Source: Alphaproteobacteria bacterium (GTDB lineage: Bacteria; Pseudomonadota; Alphaproteobacteria; Bin95). Taken from it: a stretch of DNA of 64,000 nt. A program made the translations under genes and the position numbers. Positions 28,177 to 38,061 of the stretch are shown here, piece after piece. The stretch spans positions 2,016,001 to 2,080,000 of the forward strand of contig OZ224045.1 of the NCBI GenBank assembly GCA_963665325.3. The letters run 5' to 3'. Below the pieces are notes generated by a model. It was given only the letters and a program-made list of their open reading frames with translations, was not told the origin of the DNA and ran no database searches. The number at the start of each line of letters is the position of its first letter. The stretch's first letter is position 1.

Positions 28177-29223
28177 ATGGCTGAAGGGGACGGGGTAGGG
28201 ACGGGTCGGGACGGTCTGGTTATACCGGGCGATTTGGACGATCCATTGGTGGACGAGGCGTCCGCTCTCGGAAACGGGGAGGACGCGGTGGTTGACGAGA
28301 CTGCTGCTCCGGGCAACGGAGTGGAGCCCCGGGAGGCGGCGCCGGCGAGCAGGGGAAACGGCGAGGATCGCGACTGGACCGAGATAGACCGTCACAGCGA
28401 TCAGGTCATCGCGTTTCTGGAAAAGATCTGGGAGGATTCGGAAAAGAAGGCTCAGGAGACGCTCCGGCCGCTGCTGGATCGCGTGGAACTGAACCTCGGG
28501 AAATTGGTGAAGCTGACGGAAACCAATGCAGGTGTGCAATTCCGGGACATGAAGCTATTCATCACAAGCTCGGTCGGGGCAGCAGGTCGGGAGCAGGCGG
28601 CTGCTGCCTGGCGGGGACCGGCCGAAGCGTTGCGCCTGTTGGGTAGCGTGCTGGTCGGACTCTCGCAGAGGGCGGGCCAGGATGCGATCGGGAACGAAGA
28701 GCTGACGAATATGTTTCCTGTGCTGAAGACGGCGGAGGCTCTCCTTCTGCGCGCCTGCCAGCATGAGGAGGGCAGGTTGCCGGTGATCGACGAGGCGCTG
28801 GGCGGAACGGGAACGCACGGGGCGCGGACAGCCGTCGTCGCCGCCAGCGTGAGTGAAGCGGTGGCGCTCGTGGAAAAGATGATGAGGGGCTCGGAGACGC
28901 CGGGCAGGAAGGCAGTGGCGGTCCTGGTTGCCGGCAGCATTGTTCAGCTGGGTGGTGTCTTCGGGGCGGAGGGCGAGAACTCGGAATTCGTGCGGCGGGT
29001 CGAGCGGTTGCGCCAGGAGCGCGCGGGACCGGTAGAAGGCGCGGAGTCGAATGACGTGAGGGCCTTCCGGGCGGATTTCGGCAAGGAGCTGGAACGGCTT
29101 CGCAACGCGATGCGATGGCGCGAGCGCGGGATCTGGGCGGCCGGGCTGGCGTGTAGTTTGTTGCTCGGATGGGGAGTCGGAGTCTCGGGCGCGGATTTTT
29201 CGTTCGTGGGCCGCCTGCTATAG
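28177..29223 (+). CDS. Hypothetical coiled-coil protein with C-terminal TM helix
   Basis: GGAGG 8 nt before ATG 28177. Acidic N-terminus and hydrophobic C-terminus. Convergent with the relaxase. Confidence 0.55.
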   Translation: MAEGDGVGTGRDGLVIPGDLDDPLVDEASALGNGEDAVVDETAAPGNGVEPREAAPASRGNGEDRDWTEIDRHSDQVIAFLEKIWEDSEKKAQETLRPLLDRVELNLGKLVKLTETNAGVQFRDMKLFITSSVGAAGREQAAAAWRGPAEALRLLGSVLVGLSQRAGQDAIGNEELTNMFPVLKTAEALLLRACQHEEGRLPVIDEALGGTGTHGARTAVVAASVSEAVALVEKMMRGSETPGRKAVAVLVAGSIVQLGGVFGAEGENSEFVRRVERLRQERAGPVEGAESNDVRAFRADFGKELERLRNAMRWRERGIWAAGLACSLLLGWGVGVSGADFSFVGRLL

Positions 29224-32200
29224 GATCGACATACCAGTGTCTTCCTCGTGGGAGACGCTGCGGTCCTGTTCCTTTGTCTGCGTTCCCTGACGTTGATCGG
29301 TGGTGCGTTCGCGGGCGCGTTCCGTGGTCTCTTCGGGTGTCTTTGCACGATCCCGGTCTCGGAGGGCAGCGTCCTGTTTCCGGAGCTCGTCGATGGTCTC
29401 GACCCCGCGTTGGAAACGGTATTTGGCGTCTTCGCCGGAGAGGTTGCGATTGGCGAGGCGAAGGTGAACATGGAACCGCCGGAGTTCGGCTTGAAGCGAG
29501 GAGACGGAAAGACCGGCTTCCATTTCGCTGAGGGCGGCATCGATGCGAGCTTCGGGAGGTAGAGTAGTCAGCTGGCGGTCGAGGGCTGAGAGGGTGAGTT
29601 CGAAATCGGTGATGAGTCGGACGGCCTGGATATCGTTGTCGGGGAGTGGGGTATCGAGGAAGCGCCCGGCTTCGGTGCGCAGGCGAACGAGTTCCCTGGC
29701 GGTGCCGGCGACGCCCTCGTCCAGGCGCTTGTCGATCGTCGCGATCGCGGAGAGGGTATCTGCGGCGAGTCGCTCAACGGCCGCGAAATTCGTGGCTTGC
29801 CGTTCGAGCTGGGTATCGTAGGCGTCCGATCCGGCGCTGACGGCTTGTCCGAGCTTACGGCCGATCTCGCGCAGTCCGTCGAGGTCGGCGTTGTCGTAGA
29901 GGGCCGCGAGCCCCCCTGCCCTCATGGTCTGGCGTAGATTGCCGCGAAGCTCGACGGTTTCGGCGGTGAGTTCGTAGAGTTGCGCGGCCGGGACTTCGAT
30001 CTGGCTGCGGACCGCTGCCAGGAGATTGTGGTCGAGGCGGGCCAGCACGGTATCGCCGAGTGCGCTGTTCGCCCGGGCGTCGTAGTGGGCCAGGTAGGGG
30101 TCGAATTCGTCTGCGGGCGGGAGATGGTCGACGACCTTCTGCAGGGCGTCCTTGCGTTCGCGAATTCCGGTCCAGTCGATGTCGGGATCGTGGGGTCCCT
30201 GTGTGGCGGCGAAGAGAGCCTGCGCGTCTTCGTGGGTTTCGCCGATGAGGCGGATGAGATTGCGAGCCTGGCGGTCGTATCTGTATGCGGTCCGCTGGTC
30301 CTGGAGGATCGAATTGAAAGTGCGCTGGGAGGTTTCCGGAATGGTGCGCTTCGCGAGGGCTTCCGAAATACGGTCGACGGCGATGCGCCAGCCCGGGACA
30401 TGCACCGGCAGGATGTCGCGCCGGCGGGCCTCGTCGGCGACGGCGCGCCATTGGGCTTCGAGTTCGTTTAGGTGTTCGCTCCGGGGTGGGTGCGGCGTGG
30501 CGGCAGCCGTGTTGAATTCCCGTTGCCGCGCCGCGTAGTCGTGGATCCAGTCGACGAGTCCTTCGCGCGTGATGCCGGCCCGGTCCGCGATCTTCCGGTG
30601 TTGGTGGCGTTTGACGATGCGCCGGAGCGCCTGGCGGGCTCGGTCGAGGAGAGAGCGGTGCGTTTGGAGGGTCTCGAGATATGTCGGGCTGCGCAGGGCT
30701 TCGGCCTTTTCGGTGAGGCGCTCGCGTTCCGTGACGGCGCGATAGCTCTCCTTGATGCCTTCGATGGTCTCGGAGAGTTGCTCGTAGGAGGCCACGTGGT
30801 TGCGGTCGACGGTGTCTTGTTCCACGGTTCGGATCAGCTCGTCGAGGAAGGGCGTTTCGCGGTCCGGCGAACGGTTCGCGCGGAGCCAGTTGACGGCTGA
30901 CAGTCCCCCGGGCGGACGTGGCCGGACCATACTCTTGTAGTAGCCTTTCGGTTCGTGACGGGTGGGATTTTCGGGGTCTGCCGGGGGGAGCGGTTCCAGG
31001 GCGGTGGCGCGCTGGTCCGGTGGCAGGATGTAGTCGCGGGCGGCCTTTTTCGGGTCGGACCGGGACCAGAGTTTGGCGAGGTGGTCCAGGATATCCTGGT
31101 CGGTGACGTCGCGCTGGTGCTCGTATTCGGGGCGCTGGTCGGCAACCGTCAGCCGGATCGGCTCGCTGTTCACATAGACGTCGAGACGGTCGCGGTGCCT
31201 GGTGAGGCTCGGATAGACCGTCTCCAGCGCCGGCCGGTCATCGGCGAGCACATAGGCATGGTCGACGGTTGCGCCCTGGGCCGACGAGAAGGTGAGCGCG
31301 TATCCGTAGTCGAGTCGGGGCAGTCCGTAACGGCCCTGGTCGGGGCTCCAGTCGCGGATTTCGTCGGGGTCGAACGTGAATGTCTTTCCGTCGTCCCTGC
31401 GTGCGGTGATGATGTGTTTTGTCTGGCCGCGCCTGTTCCTGATGAGGTTGCCGTCGTTGTCCCTGGGCGTCTCGATCTTTTCGACGGTGACGAGGTTGCC
31501 GGTGTCCAGGCCGAGGTCGCGGCAGGGGGTCCGGATGACGAGGCGTTCGCCGGTCGCGACGAGGATCTTGCGGGGATTCTTGTGCCGCGTGTCGGAGTTG
31601 TCGCCGGCGACTGTAATCGTGACTTCGCCTACGCGCTGCTCTTCGGTGAGGGCGAGCTTGCGCAGAAGGGGGGTAAGGGCGCCGATTTCGTCATGGGTGC
31701 GGGCGATGACGAGGGTGGACCGATCGGGAGATTCCCGGCGGTGTCTGTCCCAGTCTTCGACGAGTTGCGTCAGGGTCCTGTCGAGATTGTGGCCGAGATG
31801 AAACCGGCCCCGCTCGTGGTAAGCGGCTATGGTTTTCGCGACGCTTTTGGTGGCGTCTTCCCGGTTGTCGGCGAAGCCGTCGCGAAGGTTCGATGAGGCC
31901 GTGATCTGCCAGGGCACGATGCGCGGAGCCTCGTTTTCCGCGCGGTATTGCCGAACGAGTTCCTGCTGTTCGGCATGGCTTATGGTCGCCAGGCGCTCGC
32001 GCGCTTCGGCGGGCGTGATGCCTTGCGCGTGGACCAGGATGTCCTCGGCATCTGCGCGCTGGCGGCGGATCTGGGTTACGAGTGTGCTGCCGATCTCGTT
32101 GCGCAGCAGTCTCAATCCGGGTCCGGCGCCGATGGGTTGCTGCTGCCTGGTATCGCCGGACCAGATGATGCTGGCGCCGGTCTTCTCGGCTATTTCGAGG

Positions 32201-33894
32201 AGCTGCGCGGTATGCTCGACCTGCAATTGGCCGGCCTCGTCGACGATGATGAGGGACTTCTTGTCGAGATCGAGTTTCTGTTGCTTGTACATGTTGAGGA
32301 GCTTCATCACGCACCAGGCCTGGATATGCGCAGCCGCCCCGAGCTCTTTGGCATTCCGCCAGGCCTGGGCCGTTCCGTAGACGGTCCAGCCCGCCTTCCG
32401 GTAGATATCGGCGATAGGAATGAGGGTGGTGGTCTTGCCGGAACCGGCGGCACCTTCGATGATGAGGTTGCGTTTGCCGGCGGTCGCGGCGCGGACCGCA
32501 TTTGCCTGCTCGGCGCTGAGAGGCTCCCCCTTTTCGGTCATCGTTTCGAGATGCTGGTCGGCGATCTCGGAGGTGATGGGTTCCGCGGGCTGGACGGCAA
32601 GCGACTGACCGAGGTGTCCGATATCGCGCTCCCGGTCGAGATGCGCCTTGGTGGTGAAGACGCGCGTCTGGGCCATGTTGGCCTTGACGTTGGGTCCTTC
32701 GCCCCAACGGTCGAGTTCGAGCACGTCTGAGCGTTCGATGACCTGCGACGCCATGGCTTCGACCTGCTCGGGCGCCAGCATGCCGGGCATGATGTGGGCG
32801 ATCCGCTGCATGAGGTTGGTGAAGTGCCAGACGGCTTCATTTTCCGTGAGGTGCTTCGGGATTTCGTTCAGGAGCCTGTGGACTTCAGCCCTGTCCTCCT
32901 CGGTTATGCTGTGCGGCGGCATGCTGTCGAGGACAGCCTGAACGTCCTCGACGAACTGAGCGCGGTCGAGGGACCAGAGGAGATGGCGGCCGTCCGGATC
33001 GAGGCTGTGGTCCTTGCTGGATCGCGTAGCCTTGTTGATTCGTTGCGCGCCCGTAGGATTATCCGAGGTTGAAAATCCCTGGGCTCTTGCCGCTCTGACG
33101 ATCTGATTGCGTCGGGTGGACCAGTGTTCCTGGAGGTCCTGCGGAACGCCGCGTATCCGGAAGAATTGGCCGTCGCGGCCGTGTCGTTCGACGGCGAGGC
33201 CGAGGCGCTGGGTGATGTTCCAGGCGAGGGCCAAGCGGTAGATGGATCCGGCAGTCCTGTACCACTCGTAGAGCGGGTATGCATACAATGACCGCCACTT
33301 TCCGTCGTCGGCGAGAGCGGCGTTGAAGACGATGCAGTGGGTGTGGAGTTGCGGTTCGTTCTCGCGGGACGACTGGTGTTGGAACGTGGCCGCGAGGAAT
33401 TTGGCTCGCATCGCTTCGAGTGTTCCGTCCTCGCCCCGGCGCCGGGTCCATCCGCAGTGTTTGCTGACGATGAGGTCGAGGGCCGACCGGACGGCGTCGT
33501 CGTGGGCGCGCGCGAGTTCGCGGTGCAGGCGGTCGTCTTCTCCATGCGCCATGGCCCAGAGGGTGGAGACCGATTTGTCGGCGGAGAAGGTGAGATCGTA
33601 GGCGGCAACGCGGGTATCGCTGCCGGAGTTGCGGGTGAGCTTGGCCTCTTCTCCGAGATCGTTCGGGTCATCGGGGTTGAAAGGCGCGTATCCCTTGTGG
33701 AGCCGATAGAAGGCGTTTGCGTCTACGCGCCTGCCGTCCTCCAGGCCGAACAGTCCGTGCGGGTTGTACCAGACGCCGTCGGGCTCCTCGCCGGCGAGAT
33801 AGTACTCGCCTGCCGGCCGGTGCGAGGCCTGCGATTCGATGTAGTAGTCGGCGGCATCTTTGGCGCTGGAGACTTTTGCGAGAGTGCCTACCAC
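29218..33894 (-). CDS. MOBF (TrwC/TraI-type) relaxase-helicase, 1558 aa
   Basis: N-terminal DYY...EYY, AYDLTFSADKSVS, His triad FQHQSSR..EPQLHTH. RecD-like helicase motifs GAAGSGKTT, VDEAG, GD..Q, YALT..SAQGATVD. Long helical C-terminus. Confidence 0.9.
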   Translation of the reverse strand: MVGTLAKVSSAKDAADYYIESQASHRPAGEYYLAGEEPDGVWYNPHGLFGLEDGRRVDANAFYRLHKGYAPFNPDDPNDLGEEAKLTRNSGSDTRVAAYDLTFSADKSVSTLWAMAHGEDDRLHRELARAHDDAVRSALDLIVSKHCGWTRRRGEDGTLEAMRAKFLAATFQHQSSRENEPQLHTHCIVFNAALADDGKWRSLYAYPLYEWYRTAGSIYRLALAWNITQRLGLAVERHGRDGQFFRIRGVPQDLQEHWSTRRNQIVRAARAQGFSTSDNPTGAQRINKATRSSKDHSLDPDGRHLLWSLDRAQFVEDVQAVLDSMPPHSITEEDRAEVHRLLNEIPKHLTENEAVWHFTNLMQRIAHIMPGMLAPEQVEAMASQVIERSDVLELDRWGEGPNVKANMAQTRVFTTKAHLDRERDIGHLGQSLAVQPAEPITSEIADQHLETMTEKGEPLSAEQANAVRAATAGKRNLIIEGAAGSGKTTTLIPIADIYRKAGWTVYGTAQAWRNAKELGAAAHIQAWCVMKLLNMYKQQKLDLDKKSLIIVDEAGQLQVEHTAQLLEIAEKTGASIIWSGDTRQQQPIGAGPGLRLLRNEIGSTLVTQIRRQRADAEDILVHAQGITPAEARERLATISHAEQQELVRQYRAENEAPRIVPWQITASSNLRDGFADNREDATKSVAKTIAAYHERGRFHLGHNLDRTLTQLVEDWDRHRRESPDRSTLVIARTHDEIGALTPLLRKLALTEEQRVGEVTITVAGDNSDTRHKNPRKILVATGERLVIRTPCRDLGLDTGNLVTVEKIETPRDNDGNLIRNRRGQTKHIITARRDDGKTFTFDPDEIRDWSPDQGRYGLPRLDYGYALTFSSAQGATVDHAYVLADDRPALETVYPSLTRHRDRLDVYVNSEPIRLTVADQRPEYEHQRDVTDQDILDHLAKLWSRSDPKKAARDYILPPDQRATALEPLPPADPENPTRHEPKGYYKSMVRPRPPGGLSAVNWLRANRSPDRETPFLDELIRTVEQDTVDRNHVASYEQLSETIEGIKESYRAVTERERLTEKAEALRSPTYLETLQTHRSLLDRARQALRRIVKRHQHRKIADRAGITREGLVDWIHDYAARQREFNTAAATPHPPRSEHLNELEAQWRAVADEARRRDILPVHVPGWRIAVDRISEALAKRTIPETSQRTFNSILQDQRTAYRYDRQARNLIRLIGETHEDAQALFAATQGPHDPDIDWTGIRERKDALQKVVDHLPPADEFDPYLAHYDARANSALGDTVLARLDHNLLAAVRSQIEVPAAQLYELTAETVELRGNLRQTMRAGGLAALYDNADLDGLREIGRKLGQAVSAGSDAYDTQLERQATNFAAVERLAADTLSAIATIDKRLDEGVAGTARELVRLRTEAGRFLDTPLPDNDIQAVRLITDFELTLSALDRQLTTLPPEARIDAALSEMEAGLSVSSLQAELRRFHVHLRLANRNLSGEDAKYRFQRGVETIDELRKQDAALRDRDRAKTPEETTERARERTTDQRQGTQTKEQDRSVSHEEDTGMSIL

Positions 33895-35177
33895 GATGTG
33901 TCGGGCTCGCTCTGTGTGCGGTGCACTTCGCCCGGTGGAACGGATCGCTTGCGACTTGTCGGTGGTTTGATGAACGGACCGCTTGTGGGTCCTCGCGCCG
34001 GGCCGGCTGGTCTCGATCGGTATTGATCGAGATCCGCGCGTTCATCGGTCGGCAGGAGTTCGCACGAAAGCGCGAGCGCGGTGGAAGGCGTTAAGAGCCC
34101 GCATGACCAGTCCGCGGTGGCCTGGATCATGGTCTTGATGCGTCTGGCCGGTCGCTCGTCGGACAATGCCGGACGGAAAGCCGACAGCCGTTTCCGCAAG
34201 CTGTCGAGGAGAGACTGTGTGTCCGGAACTTCCTGGAACGGCGCGAAGGTCTGGCGGAAAGCGGGGAGGTTGCCGACGATGGGGACGGCCTGCAGTTCCC
34301 ACAGGATGTCGTTGAAGTGCGGATCCGATGAGAACAGTCTGGTGGGGCCTGTTCTGGTCGCGATTGCCCGCTTCAGGGCGGCGGGATTTCGAGGTTCAGA
34401 CGTGGTTCGTCTGGCTGCGTTGTTGATCGTTCGAGTGCGCGTGGACCAGAGGTCAAGCAGCTCTTTCGGTATGCCCGGCAGACGATATTGCCGGTCGTCG
34501 GGACCGTAACGTTCGATCGCGAGGCCGACATCCCGGGTAAGATTCCAGGCAAGAGCATTGCGGTAGATCGAGCCGGCGGTCTTGTGCCAGCGGTACAGAT
34601 GATGGCGGGCATCGAGGGTGCGGAAGTACCCGTCGTCGGCCTGGCACAGGTTGAAGATGACGCAATGGGTGCGGAGGTGCGGATCGCCGGAACGCGAGGT
34701 GATGCGCTCGAATGTTGCTGCGATGGGTCTGCCGACGATGCTCTTGTGGGAACCGTCGCTGGATCTGGAGCGTGTCCACGAGCAGAACTCGAGGAAGATG
34801 AGGTCAAGCGCCGCGAGGACTGCGCGATGGTGCGCTGAGGCCATGCTTTCGCGCTGAGCTTCGGAGGACAGCGCCCAGACTGCGGAGACGGTCTTGTCGG
34901 GCGCGAAGCACATGTCGAATGCGGCAATCTGGTTCCGGGAGGTGCGTCGCCGGAGGGGTTGGGGAGAGTGGTGTTCGGACCAGGGTGCATGACCTTGGAA
35001 CAGGTTCCGGAAGGCGCGGGAGCCAACTCGCGCACCGTGTTCGAGCCCGAAGATGCCGTATGGGTTCCACCATGACCCCAGGGGTTTGTGACCCGCAGCC
35101 CGAGCGGTGTTCTGCTGGCCGAGATAGTTGTCGGCGTGGGGCGCGGAGAGCGGCAGTTTCGCGAGCGTGGCTACCAT
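33888..35177 (-). CDS. Stand-alone MOBF relaxase-domain paralog with degenerate active site
   Basis: MVATLAK start mirrors the relaxase. AFDMCFAPDKTVS is kept, but FERITSRSGDPHLRTH replaces FQH..SR...QLHTH. No helicase domain. Confidence 0.8.
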   Translation of the reverse strand: MVATLAKLPLSAPHADNYLGQQNTARAAGHKPLGSWWNPYGIFGLEHGARVGSRAFRNLFQGHAPWSEHHSPQPLRRRTSRNQIAAFDMCFAPDKTVSAVWALSSEAQRESMASAHHRAVLAALDLIFLEFCSWTRSRSSDGSHKSIVGRPIAATFERITSRSGDPHLRTHCVIFNLCQADDGYFRTLDARHHLYRWHKTAGSIYRNALAWNLTRDVGLAIERYGPDDRQYRLPGIPKELLDLWSTRTRTINNAARRTTSEPRNPAALKRAIATRTGPTRLFSSDPHFNDILWELQAVPIVGNLPAFRQTFAPFQEVPDTQSLLDSLRKRLSAFRPALSDERPARRIKTMIQATADWSCGLLTPSTALALSCELLPTDERADLDQYRSRPAGPARGPTSGPFIKPPTSRKRSVPPGEVHRTQSEPDTSW

Positions 35178-35187
35178 GGCCGTCGTC

Positions 35188-35391
35188 TCATGGGTCGACC
35201 TTGCGGGCGTGGTGATCGACGCAGAAGGCGCGGATGGCCTGCTGGATCGCGTAGCTTCTTGAGATACCGAGTTCACGAGCGGTGATCCTGAGGGACCGCA
35301 GTTCGTCGTCGGTGAGATAGACCTTCTGGGTTTTCCTGGGAGCCGAAGTGGGTCCGCATTTCCGGATCTGGGTTTTGCGAGGTGGTTTCAC
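35188..35391 (-). CDS. Ribbon-helix-helix (CopG/TrwA/MobC-like) relaxosome accessory protein
   Basis: QKVYLTDDE...L...ARELGISRS..I..AI. First gene upstream of the relaxase pair. Confidence 0.7.
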   Translation of the reverse strand: MKPPRKTQIRKCGPTSAPRKTQKVYLTDDELRSLRITARELGISRSYAIQQAIRAFCVDHHARKVDP

Positions 35392-35600
35392 GGACTGCCG
35401 ACTTCATGGTCAAAAAAATGAAACGGGCCCATTTCATTTGAAAGAATTTGGAGGAAAAAAATTCGAGGGAATAAGGTGTTACTTGGCGTGAAACGCTTCG
35501 AATCACATCCATGTATAAGGGTGTGACAGCCAGAATGCTTGTTATCGGGACGTATCATGGGGGTGTTCGCTATCGGATGAGGTGGTGGGAGGCATGATGA
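35392..35600. other. Candidate oriT and divergent promoter region
   Basis: Conspicuously AT-rich intergenic tract upstream of RHH-relaxase. Inverted repeats AAATGAAA/TTTCATTT (35416-35439) and TCACATCC/GGGTGTGA (35503-35526). The nic site was not identified. Confidence 0.5.
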
Positions 35601-35705
35601 TGGAGGATGGAGAGGGGAGCAAGGGGTTGCGAACTGGAATCCGTAGGGAGATATAGAAGGTCGATGAAGCAGGACTCTGATGAGAGGAATCGAGGGAGAA
35701 ATCAA

Positions 35706-36002
35706 ATGGTGAAAAATGCCAACAAAGGTCGTCGTAACAGGAGAAGAGCGGTTCAAGAGGCAGGTATCGACTTCGAAGGGATTGTCGACGACCTTGGGAA
35801 GGAAAAGCCCAAGACGATCATGGTGAGTGAGGCGTTGGAGCGTCTGGTAGCGGCACTTTCGGAGGGGCATGGTCGGGGGTTGATGGTCGGACAGATTGCA
35901 GAGATTTGTCGTCGACGGGGCCTCGATGTCGATGAGGAGGAAGTGCAGGAGACGTTGGCAAATGCGGCGGCGGGGGAGACAGGGGAGAGGCGCACGGGGT
36001 AG
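35706..36002 (+). CDS. Small TraK/MobC-like oriT-proximal protein
   Basis: GAGGGAG upstream. L..L...L......G....QIAEI....G.DV....V..TL pattern. Divergent from the RHH gene. Confidence 0.4.
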   Translation: MVKNANKGRRNRRRAVQEAGIDFEGIVDDLGKEKPKTIMVSEALERLVAALSEGHGRGLMVGQIAEICRRRGLDVDEEEVQETLANAAAGETGERRTG

Positions 36003-36106
36003 GGGTGACAGGAGCGGGGTATCGATCTGAGAGGGGGAGAAACAAAGTAGTAAAGATCCCACATTCGGTGCGAAACGTACGGCGAAGTATGACCGGTGCG
36101 CGGAGC

Positions 36107-36141
36107 AAAAAAAGGGCCGGCGCTGAAACACGCCGGCCCTT
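36107..36141 (-). terminator. Intrinsic terminator
   Basis: AAGGGCCGGCG...CGCCGGCCCTT hairpin followed by a T7 tract on the minus strand. Confidence 0.8.
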
Positions 36142-36180
36142 GGTGTTAGATGAAACGCGGATGGGCGTCCGCGAGTAGGA

Positions 36181-36726
36181 TCACGCGGCAAGCCTCTCGT
36201 AGAGGAAACGAGGATTGGAGTTCACGTGTTCGACCACGCGGGGGAGCAGCTCCGAAGCGGAGGTGACCTGGAACCGGGCGCACGGGTCGGTCATGATGAG
36301 GACGGAATAGAGCGGTCCGTCCGGGGCGCCTTGGTCCGCGAAGGTGGCGATCTCGCCGATGATACGGCCGCCGCGGTGGATGTGGGTCAGCGCCGGCGAG
36401 TAGCGGTGGAAACAGATGCCGGTCTCGGACGAACAGCCGGGGCAAGAATGGCTGGTCTCGGCGCGCGGAGGCAGCGCGAGGGGGCCGGATTCCTCGCGGG
36501 AGCCGTCCTCGTTGAAGCGGACGGTGAGGAGGAGCTCACCCGCGGGGCGGCCGTCGGGGGACGCCCGATATATGTGGTTGACCTCGCCGGGCGCGGGGTA
36601 CTCGGCGTAGCTGTAGAGGATGTCCTCATACGCCCAGAAGAGGGTGTCATAGCGGCTGGAACCGGACCGGGCGGGCCTGGTTTCGGTAGCCGGGCTTGTG
36701 TAGGCGAGGATGTACGAACCGGACAT
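36181..36726 (-). CDS. Hypothetical protein
   Basis: GGGAGG before ATG 36726. Followed by a terminator. Confidence 0.55.
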   Translation of the reverse strand: MSGSYILAYTSPATETRPARSGSSRYDTLFWAYEDILYSYAEYPAPGEVNHIYRASPDGRPAGELLLTVRFNEDGSREESGPLALPPRAETSHSCPGCSSETGICFHRYSPALTHIHRGGRIIGEIATFADQGAPDGPLYSVLIMTDPCARFQVTSASELLPRVVEHVNSNPRFLYERLAA

Positions 36727-36788
36727 GGGAACCTCCCAGGGTTGAGTTGCCAAAGCGGAGCTTTGCTGTTCTTTCGAGACGAAGGGGC

Positions 36789-36980
36789 TCACCGGCGCGG
36801 TGTCGCGAGGAGCGTGCCGAGGGCGCCGAAGACGGTCGGGGCAGCGATCGCAAGGAGAGCGAGCGCGATGTGAATCCGGTCCGAGAGGACGTGCGGTTCG
36901 AGCAGGAACGTGGCCACGACCGCGTAGGGGATGCCGAGGATGGCGAGGAGGAAAAAGAAACGATTGGCGCAGGCGGTCAT
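36789..36980 (-). CDS. Small two-TM membrane protein
   Basis: GGGGA SD and two hydrophobic helices in 63 aa. Confidence 0.45.
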   Translation of the reverse strand: MTACANRFFFLLAILGIPYAVVATFLLEPHVLSDRIHIALALLAIAAPTVFGALGTLLATPRR

Positions 36981-37064
36981 GGTGGTGATTCCCCGGAGGT
37001 TGATTCACCCGAAAGCGGCTTTCCTGAAACTCCGGTGAGGCGAACGGGACCGGGGATTGGGGGC

Positions 37065-37097
37065 AAAAAAAGGGCCGCCGCGGTAAAGCGGCGGCCC
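37065..37097 (-). terminator. Intrinsic terminator after ssb
   Basis: GGGCCGCCGC-TTTACC-GCGGCGGCCC followed by T7 on the minus strand. Confidence 0.85.
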
Positions 37098-37132
37098 GAG
37101 TGGGGAGGGAGGAACGAGTGGGTAGACGGCGA

Positions 37133-37567
37133 TCAGAAGGGAACGGGATCGCTGTCGTTGAGGCCGGTGGGCTCGGGCGCCGGGGCCGGTTGGGCCGCGG
37201 GCTGCGGAGCGTCGCCGGGCTTGTCGAGGAAGGACACCTGGCTGCCCGGGATGACCATGATCTCGGTGGCGAAGCGGTCGGTCTGCTCGCCTTCCTTGCG
37301 CCAGCGCCGGGTCTTGAGCGTGCCCTCGACGAAGACGAGCCGGCCCTTGCGACCGTGCTTCTCGAACATGGTGACGAGGCCCTGCTGGAAGGTGACGACC
37401 TGGTGCCACTCCTGGGAGTCGACGCGCTCGCCCGACTGCTTCGAGACGTAGCTCTCGTCGGTGGCGACGCGCAGCTTGGCGATCTTGGTGCCGTTGGTGA
37501 GGGTGACGATTTCGGCGTCAGCGCCGAGGCGCCCGATGAGTTCGACGCGGTTCAATCCGAAAGCCAT
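37133..37567 (-). CDS. ssb: Single-stranded DNA-binding protein, copy A
   Basis: LNRVELIGRLG.D.E, VAT, EWH.VV.F, KG..VFVEG.L.TRRW. Acidic tip DSDPVPF. GAGGAGG SD. Confidence 0.9.
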   Translation of the reverse strand: MAFGLNRVELIGRLGADAEIVTLTNGTKIAKLRVATDESYVSKQSGERVDSQEWHQVVTFQQGLVTMFEKHGRKGRLVFVEGTLKTRRWRKEGEQTDRFATEIMVIPGSQVSFLDKPGDAPQPAAQPAPAPEPTGLNDSDPVPF

Positions 37568-37600
37568 GATGGCCTCCTCTGTTTGACGATGGCTGAAAGT

Positions 37601-37643
37601 GAACCGAGCGACCGGATCGTCCGACCCGATCATCGTTCAGTTC
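37601..37643. promoter_or_regulatory. Hairpin upstream of ssb A, shared with ssb B
   Basis: Imperfect stem GAACCGAGCGACCGG...CCGATCATCGTTCAGTTC. Near-identical copy at 43084-43126. Confidence 0.45.
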
Positions 37644-37661
37644 GAAAAAGCGCAAGCTTCC

Positions 37662-37788
37662 CTAAAACTTGAAACCGCGCGTGACGGCAAGAGAGGTAGT
37701 AGCCGGTGAGTTGGAGGCGGGGCAGCTGGGCGACGGAAGAGGCGGTAGTGGGTCGGCACGGGTGAGCATGGAGATCACCGTTCCGAGG
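37662..37788 (-). pseudogene. 3' part of a small membrane-protein gene split by transposon copy 2
   Basis: The empty site gives ...LCILIVSIGLAIYLGTVISML...GFKF-stop, a 139-aa ORF together with 42178-42470. Confidence 0.5.
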
Positions 37789-38061
37789 TGAGTGTGCTCT
37801 CGGTATCTGATGGCGGGATGGTCACGTTGTTCGATGGTTTTCAGGCGTCGGGCCGGGCGTGACGGCGGGGGTGTCGGACGGCCGTCGGCGCGTCAAGCCG
37901 CTTCGCGGCTCCTGCGCTGCGCTCCGGCCCTTCGGGTGACCCGCCGCCGTCCCTCCGACGGAGTGCATCCATGGCCGTAAGCAAGCTTCCGGCCACGGGC
38001 CGGCCGCTTTACGCAGTGTGACAATGGGAGCGGTGTTACCCGTTACCGTTACCCTCTCTCC

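Noticed and set aside
33015-35255. Exact 16-bp match TGCTGGATCGCGTAGC at 33015 and 35240
   Set aside because: It is isolated, lies inside coding sequence in unrelated contexts, and is plausible by chance in GC-rich DNA of this length.
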